A stretch of 64,000 nucleotides of DNA from a virus (Duplodnaviria; Caudoviricetes), in IMG/VR virus record IMGVR_UViG_2867988698_000004, positions 55,000-118,999 of that record; one strand, given 5' to 3'. The position numbers were made by a program, and so were the translations under genes. The notes under the pieces were generated by a model. That model did no database searches and was not told the origin of the DNA. It saw nothing but the letters and a program-made list of their open reading frames with translations. Shown here piece after piece: positions 45,322 through 54,785 of the stretch (position 1 is the first letter of the stretch; every line of letters starts with the position of its first letter).

Positions 45322-45693
45322 TCACTCCTCGCTGGGGAGCTCCAGCTCCACCTTCGCCTGATCCGCCGCCGCGAGGATCCGGGCGTGCTGGGTGTCGGCC
45401 AGGTCGAGCTTCCAGCGCGCCGGATACTTCCCGTCGTCCTCGACGATCTCCTCGGCGATGACCCAGTCCAGGACCATCTCCCTGATGACCTCCCGGGTCG
45501 AGTCCTTCATGGGGATGTCCCCGATGAGGTCGTACGCCCGGAGCAGGGAGTGGTGGACGTGGTCGCCGTGGATGTTCGCAGCGGAGGGGATCTTGATCGG
45601 CAGAGGGAGGGCTGCCAGGACCCGCATGATCACGCCGTAGGCGATGAGCAGCTGATCCTCGGCGACCAGGTGCCGCCTCTCGTGGTCGTCCAT
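45322..45693 (-). CDS. Hypothetical protein, paralog of 44531-44917
   Basis: GAGAGGA RBS; hairpin after stop. Confidence 0.7.
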   Translation of the reverse strand: MDDHERRHLVAEDQLLIAYGVIMRVLAALPLPIKIPSAANIHGDHVHHSLLRAYDLIGDIPMKDSTREVIREMVLDWVIAEEIVEDDGKYPARWKLDLADTQHARILAAADQAKVELELPSEE

Positions 45694-45701
45694 GGGACGT
45701 C

Positions 45702-45945
45702 CTCTCTGTGTGGAGTTGTCAACCTGCGGTTGTCCAGGCCGGGGGTTCCACACCCCGTCCCGACATGAGCAACTATACCACAGTCACATACCTGTCGGGC
45801 AAGTCCACCCCGTAGAACGCCTTGCAGATTAGGGTACCCGGCCAGCTTGCCCAGGTATGGGAATGTGGTATAGTTGTTGGTGTCAGGGTGAGGGAGTGGA
45901 ACCCCGAGCCCCGGACAACCGCAGGTTGACAACTCCAGAGAGGAA
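45702..45945. promoter_or_regulatory. Two divergent copies (2 and 3) of the promoter/leader element
   Basis: Both have TGTGGTATAGTT and GGACAACCGCAGGTTGACAACTCCA in inverted orientation. Confidence 0.75.
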
Positions 45946-45950
45946 CCGGG

Positions 45951-46481
45951 ATGGCCTACCAGGCACCCACCTTCCACGAGCCCACGCTGGCGCTCCGCTA
46001 CTACGGGCACCACGAGGTGATCGTGACGGGAGGTGAGCCGGTCCAGGTGATGATGCCCCACGCGGTCATCACGCTCATGGACCGGGACTCGATGAGGGCG
46101 ATCTTCCGCGCCTTCGTTGAGGGCAACGTGCTCGCGGAGCGGGTGTTCGGCCCGAAGGTCGAGCCGACCGGCGGGATCTACCCGGGGAGCAATGCGCCCC
46201 AGATCCACGCCGCCGTCAAGCTCGAGGGACGGAACCCGCGCCCAACGGTCCTGGCCAAGTCACGGGCCACCAGCCCGAGCGGATACGGCCAGATCACCAT
46301 CCGGTACCGGACCTTCGCGATCATCTGCGACGGTCCGGCGGCATGGAGGGCCCAGTACCACGGATGGCGGCAGGCGTACACCGTCGCCGCCCAGACGTGG
46401 AGGCTGTGGGACGTCGCGAGCGCCGAGGAGAACTACCGCGAGCGGGTGATCCTCCGGCTGCTCGCCGAGCGGAAGTCCTGA
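45951..46481 (+). CDS. Hypothetical protein
   Basis: GAGAGGA RBS, high GC3. Confidence 0.7.
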   Translation: MAYQAPTFHEPTLALRYYGHHEVIVTGGEPVQVMMPHAVITLMDRDSMRAIFRAFVEGNVLAERVFGPKVEPTGGIYPGSNAPQIHAAVKLEGRNPRPTVLAKSRATSPSGYGQITIRYRTFAIICDGPAAWRAQYHGWRQAYTVAAQTWRLWDVASAEENYRERVILRLLAERKS

Positions 46482-46487
46482 CCGGAG

Positions 46488-46522
46488 CCCTGCCGGGGGC
46501 GGCGGCCCCGCCCCCGGCAGGG
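46488..46522 (+). terminator. Intrinsic terminator
   Basis: 15-bp perfect stem CCCTGCCGGGGGCGG/CCGCCCCCGGCAGGG. Confidence 0.65.
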
Positions 46523-46606
46523 TTATCCACACATCCGCGCCAGTGTCGCCGCCGCACCCATCCCGGGGCCACTGTGGAGACCAGCCACGAAACCGAAAGG
46601 GAACCC

Positions 46607-46879
46607 ATGTACGAGGTCTGGGACACCGGCGACCCGCCCCGCCTGATCACAAGGGCCGCCGGCCTGGACGAGGCGCACGCCGCGCTGGACGGCGAATGCC
46701 GGCGCCGCCACGACCAGGCGGTCGCCAACGGCGAGGGCGTCCGCGGCATGACCCACCGATTCGAGATCCGCGGCGGGGACGGCCCGGTGACGTGGCTGGT
46801 GTACGCACCCGACCCGACCGGCCCCTACGCCAGTCCCCTGTCCGAACTCGATGAGCAGCCCGAGGAGGTGACCCCTTGA
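46607..46879 (+). CDS. Hypothetical protein
   Basis: AAAGGGA RBS, MYEVWDTG start. Confidence 0.6.
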   Translation: MYEVWDTGDPPRLITRAAGLDEAHAALDGECRRRHDQAVANGEGVRGMTHRFEIRGGDGPVTWLVYAPDPTGPYASPLSELDEQPEEVTP

Positions 46880-47316
46880 TCCCGCGTGGCCGTAAGGTCG
46901 TCGACGCGGCCGGTGCCGCCGCGATGGGCGGCATGTCGCTGCAGACGTTCCGGAACAAGCGCATCGCCGCCCAGCCCGCCTTCCCCCAGCCGGTCAACCC
47001 CGGCCGCCGCACGGCCCTGTACGACGCCGAGCAGGTCGCCGCCTACTGGTCCGGGGACCCCATGCCGGTCCTCCCCAAGGGTGAGCACGAGACCGACCTG
47101 CTGGACGACCTGGACATCGCCGCGGTGCGGGGCGTGAAGTACGCGACGGTCCGCAAGGAACGCGCCGAGGGCCGTCTGGTCGGCTGGGTGGAGGTGTGCG
47201 GTGTGCTGCACATGCCCCGGCGGGAGCTGAACCGGCAGCTCGCCGAACGGCCCGGCCGTGGCGTCGGCGGCGGCCGACCCCGCAAGAACCCGCCGCCCCG
47301 TCCTGAACAAACCTGA
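46876..47316 (+). CDS. Putative DNA-binding protein (two HTH-like segments, GGGRP tail)
   Basis: AAAMGGMSLQTFRN; IAAVRGVKYATVRK; RPGRGVGGGRP. Confidence 0.6.
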   Translation: MIPRGRKVVDAAGAAAMGGMSLQTFRNKRIAAQPAFPQPVNPGRRTALYDAEQVAAYWSGDPMPVLPKGEHETDLLDDLDIAAVRGVKYATVRKERAEGRLVGWVEVCGVLHMPRRELNRQLAERPGRGVGGGRPRKNPPPRPEQT

Positions 47317-47358
47317 ACAGAACCGAACAGGGCTGAACAGCCCCTCCAGGAGGACACG

Positions 47359-47601
47359 ATGAACGATGTGACCGGCACCGACCGCGTGAAGGTGCGGGTG
47401 CTGCTGACGTTCGGGGACCAGGCCGAGCTGGTCACCCCCACCCACTCCGCTGACAACCCGCTGCGCGTCCCGGCCGAGCAGATCACCCGCGACACCGGCC
47501 TGCCCGCCGGCGAACTGCCCGGCCGCCAGTTCACCGCCCACCGGGCGCAGGACGGGACCCTGTCGGGGTTCCAGCTGCTGGATGACCCCCGCACCCGGTA
47601 G
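47359..47601 (+). CDS. Hypothetical protein
   Basis: AGGAGGA RBS. Confidence 0.65.
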   Translation: MNDVTGTDRVKVRVLLTFGDQAELVTPTHSADNPLRVPAEQITRDTGLPAGELPGRQFTAHRAQDGTLSGFQLLDDPRTR

Positions 47602-47613
47602 GAGCGCACACGA

Positions 47614-47648
47614 GACGGCCCGGCGACCAGAGCGGTCGCCGGGCCGTC
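47614..47648. terminator. Bidirectional terminator between convergent genes
   Basis: 15-bp stem GACGGCCCGGCGACC/GGTCGCCGGGCCGTC. Confidence 0.65.
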
Positions 47649-47662
47649 GCGCGTCCCCGGGG

Positions 47663-47956
47663 TCAGCAGGGCCGGTCCGCCTCGGTACGGGCGCGGTGGC
47701 GCCGCCCGAGCAGCTGGGCGCGTCGGGTCTGCCCGAGCCGGGCCATGCTCCGGATGCCGGTCACGCACACCAGCACCACCGCGGCGTGCAGGGCGATCCG
47801 CTCCCCCGCCGACAGGTCGGGCCGGTCCAGGCCGAGCAGCAGCCACACCAGCGCGCCCTGCACCACCAGGATCAGCAGCTCCAGCGGCGGCGGCCACACC
47901 AGCCGCAGCAGCCGGGCCGCGCCGCCCGGCCGGGGGTCAGCCGACCCGCAGCTCAT
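47663..47956 (-). CDS. Small membrane protein
   Basis: Two hydrophobic segments. Confidence 0.55.
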   Translation of the reverse strand: MSCGSADPRPGGAARLLRLVWPPPLELLILVVQGALVWLLLGLDRPDLSAGERIALHAAVVLVCVTGIRSMARLGQTRRAQLLGRRHRARTEADRPC

Positions 47957-48290
47957 CCAGCAGCTCCCGCACGCGGGGCTCGTCGGCGTGCCGGACCCAC
48001 GCGGTCCGCACGGTCATGAACCCGCGCCGGTCCGTGCCGATGTAGACGACCTTGGTCAGGTCACCCATCCGCAGGTCCTCGGGCGTGTCCGCGCCCACCG
48101 GGACGCTGACCTGGTCCAGCAGGGCGTTCACCCGCTCGTCGCTCTCTCTGGTGATGCACACGGACATGTTCTGCAGGCGGCCGTTCGGTCCGGTGCGGAC
48201 GTACACCACGTTGGTGACGTCGACCAGCCGCGGGTTAGGCCGCAGCTGGTCGACGGGCGTCTCGAGCGTCTCGGTGCTGGTGGCGGTCAT
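47937..48290 (-). CDS. Hypothetical protein with internal duplication
   Basis: TNVVYVRTG..ERVNALLDQV repeated as TKVVYIGTD..PRVRELLDEL. Confidence 0.6.
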   Translation of the reverse strand: MTATSTETLETPVDQLRPNPRLVDVTNVVYVRTGPNGRLQNMSVCITRESDERVNALLDQVSVPVGADTPEDLRMGDLTKVVYIGTDRRGFMTVRTAWVRHADEPRVRELLDELRVG

Positions 48291-48564
48291 GGTCTCGCTG
48301 GTCCCTCTCAGTCGTGGTTGCGGTGATCAGTGAAGCGGTGCGCGGGGGGCGCGTCCATCTGGATCGGCACAAACGCCACCAGTCCGCTGCCGTCACGTCC
48401 GGCAGCAGCAGGTGGACCACCAGCGTCCGCAGACGGCCGCCGGTCCCCCACACCAGATGGCCCTCCGCCCAGTACCGGGCCCGGTACAGGGGCCTGGTGC
48501 GGCCGGTCGCGTACCCGGCCGCACCACCCAGCAGCGCCCCGGTCACGAGGAGGACGGTGAGCAC
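48235..48564 (-). CDS. Small membrane-anchored protein
   Basis: N-terminal hydrophobic helix, GGAGGG RBS. Confidence 0.5.
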   Translation of the reverse strand: MLTVLLVTGALLGGAAGYATGRTRPLYRARYWAEGHLVWGTGGRLRTLVVHLLLPDVTAADWWRLCRSRWTRPPRTASLITATTTERDQRDHDRHQHRDARDARRPAAA

Positions 48565-49461
48565 CGGCCCTCCCAGTCCTGCTGCTGGGCGTGGACCTCC
48601 GGGGCCAGGGCGCGGTCGATGCGGTCGCGGACGTCCTGCCAGCCCTGGACGTAGGCCGCGTCATGCGTGCCCTGCGGCGTCCGGGGGATCGCCCTCACCT
48701 GGTCGAGGACGGCCTCGGCCTTCCGTGCGCGTTCCTGCTGGCCGGACAGGACACCACGCAGGTCGTGGACACCGCGGGCGCCGGGCGGGTGCTCGATGCC
48801 GGCGGCACGCAGCTCAGCGTTGACCCGTTCGAGCTCGGTCGCCTCCGCCAGGCGGCCGGTGGGAAACTCGAGGATCTCCGTGAGGCCGTGGCAGGTGACG
48901 GTAACCCGGGTTACCGGCCGCACCTCGTCCCGCCCGGACTGGGTGCCAGCGACGTCGGCCAGGGCCTCCGCCCAGGCGTAGTCGCAGTTCAGGCAGGCGC
49001 GGCACAGGTGCTCTCTGCCCGTTCCGCGCGTTCCGCACGGCAGGCGGCCGGTGTGGTAGCGGGTCGCGGCGCCCACTGGGAGCGGCAGGCTGCTGGGGCA
49101 GGAGGTGCGGACGCAGCACCTCCAGCAGGACGTCCACGCGGGCGGCCTGGCGGTCTTCCGCGGGCACGTAGCAGCGGCACGGCCTGGTGCCGCTGCAGCG
49201 GGGGCAGGGAACGGGGCGGTCCAGGGCCTCGCGCAGTAGCTCCCGCAGCCGCCGCTTCCGGTCGTCCTCGTCGGGCTTGGTGCGCAGGTCAACCCCCATA
49301 GGGGGCCTCCTTTCCTGATCGCGGCTTGGGGCCTTGACGGCGTAGATCACCGGAGCGGTCCGGGGACGTCTCCGGGCGCCGCGCCCGGCGGCCCCACATG
49401 GCCAGCAGGACCACGGCCGCCACCACCTCGCACACGAACACGACGTCACCCAGCGATGGCG

Positions 49462-49833
49462 TCACCGCCCCTCCCCCTGCCTGGGGAGGAGGCGGGGCCG
49501 GTCCAGCCAGCGGGCCAGTCCCGGGAGCGGCAGCACCGTGGGGGCCTCCTCCAGCCGCTGCCACCAGCGGGGGGTGGTCTCGTACCAGCGGGCGCGGCGG
49601 CCCCACCGGACGGCCAGCACGGCGGAGATCGGCACGGCCGCCAGGGTGGCCAGCGCCTGCCAGGGCGGGACGGGACCGGTGCCGGTGTCGATCCATTCCC
49701 AGTGCTGGGCGGCGGATCCGGCCAGCTCCAGGTACATGCCGGAGCGGAAGATCCGCTCGGCGCGGCGGGCCTCCCGCGCGAGCCGGTGGCCGCCGTGGGG
49801 GCCGCTGCAGCCGCACTCCTCCCGGGCGGTCAT
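49462..49833 (-). CDS. Hypothetical membrane protein
   Basis: ATGA overlap; one TM segment. Confidence 0.5.
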   Translation of the reverse strand: MTAREECGCSGPHGGHRLAREARRAERIFRSGMYLELAGSAAQHWEWIDTGTGPVPPWQALATLAAVPISAVLAVRWGRRARWYETTPRWWQRLEEAPTVLPLPGLARWLDRPRLLPRQGEGR

Positions 49834-50276
49834 CGGATGGCCTCGACGGTGCCGGCCTGGACCATGCGCTTCAGCGCGTCCTCGGTCGGCCAGCCGAACT
49901 GCTCCCAGGTCCGCAGGATGTCGCCCGGGACGCGCAAGGTCCCGTGGCCGGTGTTGATCACCCTGCTGTCGGCGTCCATCTGGGGCTCCTGCCGGGCGTC
50001 GGCGTCCGCCGCGGCGGTGGGGCGGCGGTCCAGAGTCCGCAGGGTGCCCACGAACTCCTCCAGCGCCCGCAGGAACGTGGCCTGGTCGTCGAGGCGCGTC
50101 ATGCCGCCCTGCTGGTAGTCGCTGGGCGCGAGGACGGGGGCGGTGGCCTGGAACTCCTCGCAGATCTGCCGCATCCGCGCCAGGTCGACCTGGTTGACGG
50201 CGGTGAGGAGCTGGCCGCACAGGCTGGCGAGGGCCTGCAGGACGCCCGGGTAGCTGTCGCGGGTGATGTCGATCAT
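49830..50276 (-). CDS. Hypothetical protein
   Basis: Purine-rich RBS, high GC3. Confidence 0.6.
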   Translation of the reverse strand: MIDITRDSYPGVLQALASLCGQLLTAVNQVDLARMRQICEEFQATAPVLAPSDYQQGGMTRLDDQATFLRALEEFVGTLRTLDRRPTAAADADARQEPQMDADSRVINTGHGTLRVPGDILRTWEQFGWPTEDALKRMVQAGTVEAIR

Positions 50277-50435
50277 CGTGTCTCTTTCCATGGGGGGCGT
50301 GGCGGCGGGTTTTGCACAGGCCGGGGCGGCTTCCACCTCAGCCCGTGACGACAGCAACCACGAGTTAGCTGGTCTGGTCTGTAGTTCGTTGTGTTCCTGG
50401 TGTTCTTCTCTGGTGCATGTCTCCTGTTCTGGTTA

Positions 50436-50541
50436 CCGGGGGATGCCGCCGGTCATTTGTGAGCAGCCCCCGGTCATTTCCGGATTCACCGGGGGATGCC
50501 CCCGGTCATTCGGAATGGGCGGGGGCAGCCCCCGGTCATTC
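50436..50541. repeat. Four iteron-like direct repeats (putative replication origin)
   Basis: GCC(C/G)CCGGTCATT x4, at the 3' end of the initiator-like gene, beside a strand-biased tract. Confidence 0.6.
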
Positions 50542-51090
50542 CGGCGGCGTCTCCCCGGCCGTCCACAGCTGTTCCTGCTCCTGGCGGGGTTGCCGGCGGG
50601 CGCGGGGTTTGCGGGCCGGGCCGGTGACGGCGCCGGGCGGGACGACCAGCAGCTTCTCCTCCGGGTCCAGGTAGGCGACCCGCTCCAGCAGGTCGGTGGG
50701 GGCGGTCAGCCGGTACTCGGCGGGGCGGCCGGGGCCGCCGCGGCGTCCTGGGGAGCGGCGGGGCCGCACCATCTGCAGCAGATGCAGCGCCCGCAGCCGG
50801 CGCAGGCACGTCTCCACGGTGCGGACGTCCAGCTCGCACACCCGGGCCACCCGCTCCGCGCTCGGGAACACGCGGCTGCCGTCCAGGTCGCCGTAGGTGG
50901 CGATGACGAGGGCGACCTGCTGCACCGTGGCGTGCCGCACCCACCGTTTCGGGTCCTGGCGCGGCGAGTCGTAGAACCCGAGCCGTACGCGCCGGATCGC
51001 GCGTTCCCATTCGAACCGGCCCAGCGGGGTGATGCCTGGGGCGTCCAGCTCCGCCTGCCCCGGCTGCCCGGCCGACTCTGGTTCCTGCAC
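50536..51090 (-). CDS. Replication initiator-like winged-HTH protein
   Basis: VALVIATYGDLDGSRVFPSAERVARVCELDVRTVETCLRRL...EYRL. Confidence 0.65.
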   Translation of the reverse strand: MQEPESAGQPGQAELDAPGITPLGRFEWERAIRRVRLGFYDSPRQDPKRWVRHATVQQVALVIATYGDLDGSRVFPSAERVARVCELDVRTVETCLRRLRALHLLQMVRPRRSPGRRGGPGRPAEYRLTAPTDLLERVAYLDPEEKLLVVPPGAVTGPARKPRARRQPRQEQEQLWTAGETPPE

Positions 51091-51208
51091 CGGCCGTCTC
51101 TCCTGCCCGTCTTCGTGCGGCCATCCGGTCGCGTCTCCCCGTCCCTGGGTGGTCGCGGGCGTCTATATCGGCCCACCTGCAGCAGCGGCGCGCGGGCGCT
51201 CGGGCGGG

Positions 51209-51718
51209 TCATCGTGCGTTCCGGCAGCGGCGGCAGCGGCGGACGGTCTCGCGGCTGGTCGGGCCCTGACAGACCTCGCAGGTCCCGCCGCGGGTGGGCC
51301 GCTGGTAGGGGCCGACCTGGTAGACGGTGACCTCCGTGCGGGCCTGACCGGGTGAGGGGGCGGCCTTGTCGGCGGCCACGTGCACGACCTGGTCGTCGTC
51401 GGCCCAGGCGATCCCGCTGAGGGCGTCCAGGACGAGCTTGAGCATATTGTCGATGTCGCGGCGCTGGCGGGTGCCGGGATGGAACGTCACCAGAACGCTG
51501 TAGGCGGAGTCGGGGTCGGGGCGGTGTGGTCCGGCGGCCTGCCGGAACGCCCAGCCGACCCGCCCCTCGGCCTGGGTGGTGCGGTCGGGGGTGTAGCTGC
51601 GGGCCTTGCCGTCCCGATGGATTACGCGGGCCCGTTCCTTGGACAGGGGCTCGCCGTCCACCACGAAGCGGGCGATCAGGCGGGGCTCCCGGGGCGGGAG
51701 ATCGGTGGGTACGGTCAC
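51209..51718 (-). CDS. rusA: RusA-family Holliday junction resolvase
   Basis: GEPLSKERAR, RDIDNMLKLVLDALSGIAWADDDQV. Confidence 0.88.
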   Translation of the reverse strand: MTVPTDLPPREPRLIARFVVDGEPLSKERARVIHRDGKARSYTPDRTTQAEGRVGWAFRQAAGPHRPDPDSAYSVLVTFHPGTRQRRDIDNMLKLVLDALSGIAWADDDQVVHVAADKAAPSPGQARTEVTVYQVGPYQRPTRGGTCEVCQGPTSRETVRRCRRCRNAR

Positions 51719-51751
51719 GTTGGCCTTTTCCAGGTGGGCGCGGGGGCTGGG

Positions 51752-52480
51752 TCAGCTGCCGGCGGTGTGCGCGGCCTCGTACTGGCGGACCAGGTCCCCG
51801 GGTACCCGGCCGTGGTCGTTGACGGGGATGCCGTGGGCCTTGGCCCAGGCGCGGACCTCGCTGTCCCTGGGGCGTGCCTGTGGTGGGCGGGCCGTGCGGG
51901 GGGTGCGGGACGGCCGGCGTCCGGCCAGTTCCTTGGCGCGGGTTCTGGCGGCGGCCAGTCGTCTCTCCAGCTCGGCCACCTCGCGTTCGGCCGCCTGGCG
52001 CCGCTTGTAGTGGTCGACGGCGTCCCGCAGGTCCGCCAGCGCCTTCCATGCGCGTTCCAGCGTCCGGCGGACGGCGGGGTCGTTGATCTGCTGGGCGTCG
52101 GTCAGCATCCGGTCCACGGCGGTGACCGCCGGAGCGGTCGCGTCCGTCCTGGGCGGCCTGGGCGGCTTGGCGGTGCTGCGCCTGCCGGACCGGCCGCCGC
52201 TCCCGGCCGGGGCCGCCGGAACGGGAGCAGGGGCGGGGGCGGGAGCCGGGTCGGGGTCGGGGTTGATGTAGACGGTGTCGGTGTCCGGCTGGTAGCGCCA
52301 GCCGGGGATGCCGTTGACGAGGGCGAGGATGTGGTCGCGGGGCCAGGCGGCCTGCTGGGCGGCCTGGTGCACGGTGCAGCCGTCCGCCAGGAGCCGCTTG
52401 ACGAGGTCGGCGCTGGCGGGCAGGGAGTCCCCGGCCGGTTCGAGGGTCTGGGCGGGTTCGCTGGTGCGGTTCATGGTCAT
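51752..52480 (-). CDS. Protein with C-terminal Lsr2 DNA-binding domain
   Basis: EVRAWAKAHGIPVNDHGRVPGDLVRQYEAAH. Confidence 0.8.
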   Translation of the reverse strand: MTMNRTSEPAQTLEPAGDSLPASADLVKRLLADGCTVHQAAQQAAWPRDHILALVNGIPGWRYQPDTDTVYINPDPDPAPAPAPAPVPAAPAGSGGRSGRRSTAKPPRPPRTDATAPAVTAVDRMLTDAQQINDPAVRRTLERAWKALADLRDAVDHYKRRQAAEREVAELERRLAAARTRAKELAGRRPSRTPRTARPPQARPRDSEVRAWAKAHGIPVNDHGRVPGDLVRQYEAAHTAGS

Positions 52481-52493
52481 GGCGTCCCGGTGG

Positions 52494-52859
52494 TCAGGTC
52501 TTGGTCAGGCTGGCGCGGGCCGAGGCGTAGGCGGTGGGGCTGGAGCGGCGTTTGCCGGAGGCGATGGCCTCGGCGTCCACCTGCCAGGCGTAGGGGTTGT
52601 CGGCGTAGGTGTCCGCCTGCCGGTACGTCTCGAAGGCAGGGCAGGTACCGCGTCCGCAGTAGCAGCGGCCCGGCGCGCAATACCCGGGCGGCGGCTCCGG
52701 CTTGCCCTCCAGCGCGGATGGGGTGTGCTGCCGACACTTGTAGCCCTGGTCGTAGCGGCGGGTGGGGATCTGCCCGCAGTAGCGGCCCTCCGCTCGGAGC
52801 CACTGCTCGCAGGGGGTGCGGTAGCGGGGGTGCAGGCGGGCCAGCTCCTGGTCATCCAC
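52494..52859 (-). CDS. Cys-rich hypothetical protein
   Basis: Several Cys/His motifs; GGAGGAG RBS. Confidence 0.6.
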   Translation of the reverse strand: MDDQELARLHPRYRTPCEQWLRAEGRYCGQIPTRRYDQGYKCRQHTPSALEGKPEPPPGYCAPGRCYCGRGTCPAFETYRQADTYADNPYAWQVDAEAIASGKRRSSPTAYASARASLTKT

Positions 52860-53130
52860 CAGGCTCCTCCAGCGCGAGGATGTTCACGCCCAGCACCGCC
52901 GCCCACCGCAGCGCGTTGGTCCAGTGCGGATCCGCGACGCCCCGCTCCCACTGGCCGATCAGCTCACGGGAGTAGCCCAGCCGCTCGGCGACCTGCCGCT
53001 GGGACATGCGCAGGTCCCTGCGGCGGCGCCGCAGCACCACGTGCAGGTCACGCGGATCGAACTGTCGCGGCCCGGGGCCAGGGCCGGGAGGGGTGGGATG
53101 GGGCGGCCGGTGGCGGGTGAGCGTGGTCAT
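52852..53130 (-). CDS. XRE HTH protein
   Basis: MSQRQVAERLGYSRELIGQWERG. Confidence 0.8.
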   Translation of the reverse strand: MTTLTRHRPPHPTPPGPGPGPRQFDPRDLHVVLRRRRRDLRMSQRQVAERLGYSRELIGQWERGVADPHWTNALRWAAVLGVNILALEEPGG

Positions 53131-53250
53131 CGTCAGCGCCACCAGCCGGTCACCAGCTCGACCAGGGTCTCGGCCAGGTCCCCCAGCCAGCCCAGACGGC
53201 GTCGGCGGGGGCGGTGGGCGCGGTGGTCACGTCGCATGGCGGGTGTCCTC

Positions 53251-53493
53251 TCAGAACAGGGGGAGCTGGATGGGCGGCCGGTAGACGTTGATGCCGCGTC
53301 CGGCGGCGGTCTGGACGATCCGCTGGGGGTTCAGGCGGCCGGTGTTGTCGATCGCCTGCTCGAGCCCGGCGGCATGGTTGATGCCGCCGCACACGCAGGT
53401 GCAGTGGTCGGGGCCGGTGGTGGCGTCGTAGCAGCTGGCGTCGCAGCGTCCGGCGACTGATCCGGCCGCGCGCAGCAGCAGCAGCGTCGCCAC
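53251..53493 (-). CDS. Cys-rich hypothetical protein
   Basis: RCDASCY..CTCVCGGINH. Confidence 0.65.
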   Translation of the reverse strand: MATLLLLRAAGSVAGRCDASCYDATTGPDHCTCVCGGINHAAGLEQAIDNTGRLNPQRIVQTAAGRGINVYRPPIQLPLF

Positions 53494-53539
53494 CGGCCCC
53501 TCCCTTCCGGTCTGGTCGTGCGGTCAGGTGGTGCGGGTT

Positions 53540-54007
53540 TCAGACGTCCGGGCCTGCCGGTAGTGCGGCGGGCACGGCGACGTCGTGCGGGTCGAGGTCC
53601 ACGACGTAGGTCAGGGCGGCGTAGTCGTGCGGGTCCAGGTGCAGGACCTGCCGCCGCCCGGTGGCCACCGACGTGACGGTGATGACCGCCGTGGCGTCGG
53701 CGCAGCGGCTGCACAGGTCCCCCAGCAGGTGGGGGTCGGGCGCCCACTGGCAGCCGCCCTCGCACGGGGCGTTCTCGGTGCAGCCGCACCCCCGGCAGGT
53801 CGCCTCCTCCTCGCCGCCGCTGCCGGTGGGCCAGGCGGCGCGGACCTTCTGGGGGGTCAGGGCGGCGCCGCCCAGGACGGTGTTCGCGCGTTCGGTCAGC
53901 CGGAGCGCGGCGTCCAGGGCGGTGCCGGACGCATCGGGGGCCGGGTGGCCGAGGCGGAGGAGGGCGCGGGCGGCCCGGTCCCAGTCGTGGGCTTCACGCG
54001 GGTTCAA
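53540..54007 (-). CDS. Hypothetical zinc-binding protein
   Basis: CRGCGCTENAPCEGGCQW...LCSRC. Confidence 0.6.
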   Translation of the reverse strand: MNPREAHDWDRAARALLRLGHPAPDASGTALDAALRLTERANTVLGGAALTPQKVRAAWPTGSGGEEEATCRGCGCTENAPCEGGCQWAPDPHLLGDLCSRCADATAVITVTSVATGRRQVLHLDPHDYAALTYVVDLDPHDVAVPAALPAGPDV

Positions 54008-54471
54008 CGAGGGGTCTCCTTGCGGTGGTCGGGGTCTCGGTAGGGGGTCTCGGGGAGGGACTGGCCGGTGGCCAGCGCCCACCATCCGGCGCAGATCAGG
54101 TAGCCCAGCGGTCTGTCGTCCGCCCAGGCGACCGGCTGGTAGCCCTCGCTGGTGCGGTGCATCCCGTGGTGGCAGTAGAAGGGGCCGTCCTCGACCGCGG
54201 GGACGGTGCCGGCGTCTGCCTCCGGGCTGCCGGGCCGGTACGCGCAGTCCCCGCACGCCCGGCGCATGACGCCGGGCGGGACGGGCAGCGGCACGGCCTC
54301 GATCTCGGCCGGATCGCCGTCACAGGTCAGGTCGACACCCAGCTGGGGGCCGTCGACCAGGCCGGTGCCGCCGCACTCGACGCACTGCCCGTCGCAGGCG
54401 CGGCCTGTGCCGATGCACCAGGGGCAGATGTAGCGGGTGACGGTGATCCGGCCACCGGCGAAGGTGGTCAC
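54004..54471 (-). CDS. Cys-rich hypothetical protein
   Basis: CPWCIGTG, CVECGGTG, CGDCAYRP, FYCH, CAGW. Confidence 0.6.
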   Translation of the reverse strand: MTTFAGGRITVTRYICPWCIGTGRACDGQCVECGGTGLVDGPQLGVDLTCDGDPAEIEAVPLPVPPGVMRRACGDCAYRPGSPEADAGTVPAVEDGPFYCHHGMHRTSEGYQPVAWADDRPLGYLICAGWWALATGQSLPETPYRDPDHRKETPR

Positions 54472-54785
54472 GACCGGCCGGTCCTGGTGCGGCCGGTCCC
54501 GCCGCCGGTCCCGCCGCCGTTGTTGTTCTTGCCGGTCGTGGTGCGTCCACCACCGCCGCCGGTGCCGGTGCTGGGGCCGGTGGATGAGCGGGACCGGTGC
54601 GGCGGGTCGGCGGGGCCGTCCTCCCATTCGTATCCGGGGATGCCCTGGTCGCAGTGAGAGGCGGGCACGTCCCGGTCGGTGGCGTCGTGCTCGCAGTGCC
54701 GCTCCGCGGGGCCGCAGGCCCCCAGGGCGACCGCGGTCACGGCGGTGGCCAGGACAGCGGTGGTGGTTCGCAGGGTCACGGTCAT
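54468..54785 (-). CDS. Small lipoprotein
   Basis: Signal peptide with LGAC lipobox. Confidence 0.6.
   Translation of the reverse strand: MTVTLRTTTAVLATAVTAVALGACGPAERHCEHDATDRDVPASHCDQGIPGYEWEDGPADPPHRSRSSTGPSTGTGGGGGRTTTGKNNNGGGTGGGTGRTRTGRS

Noticed and set aside
48543-49449. Single gene or programmed frameshift across overlapping Cys-rich ORFs
   Set aside because: Coding-like segments switch frame without a clear slippery site; likely mosaic or decayed small genes whose boundaries I cannot fix.
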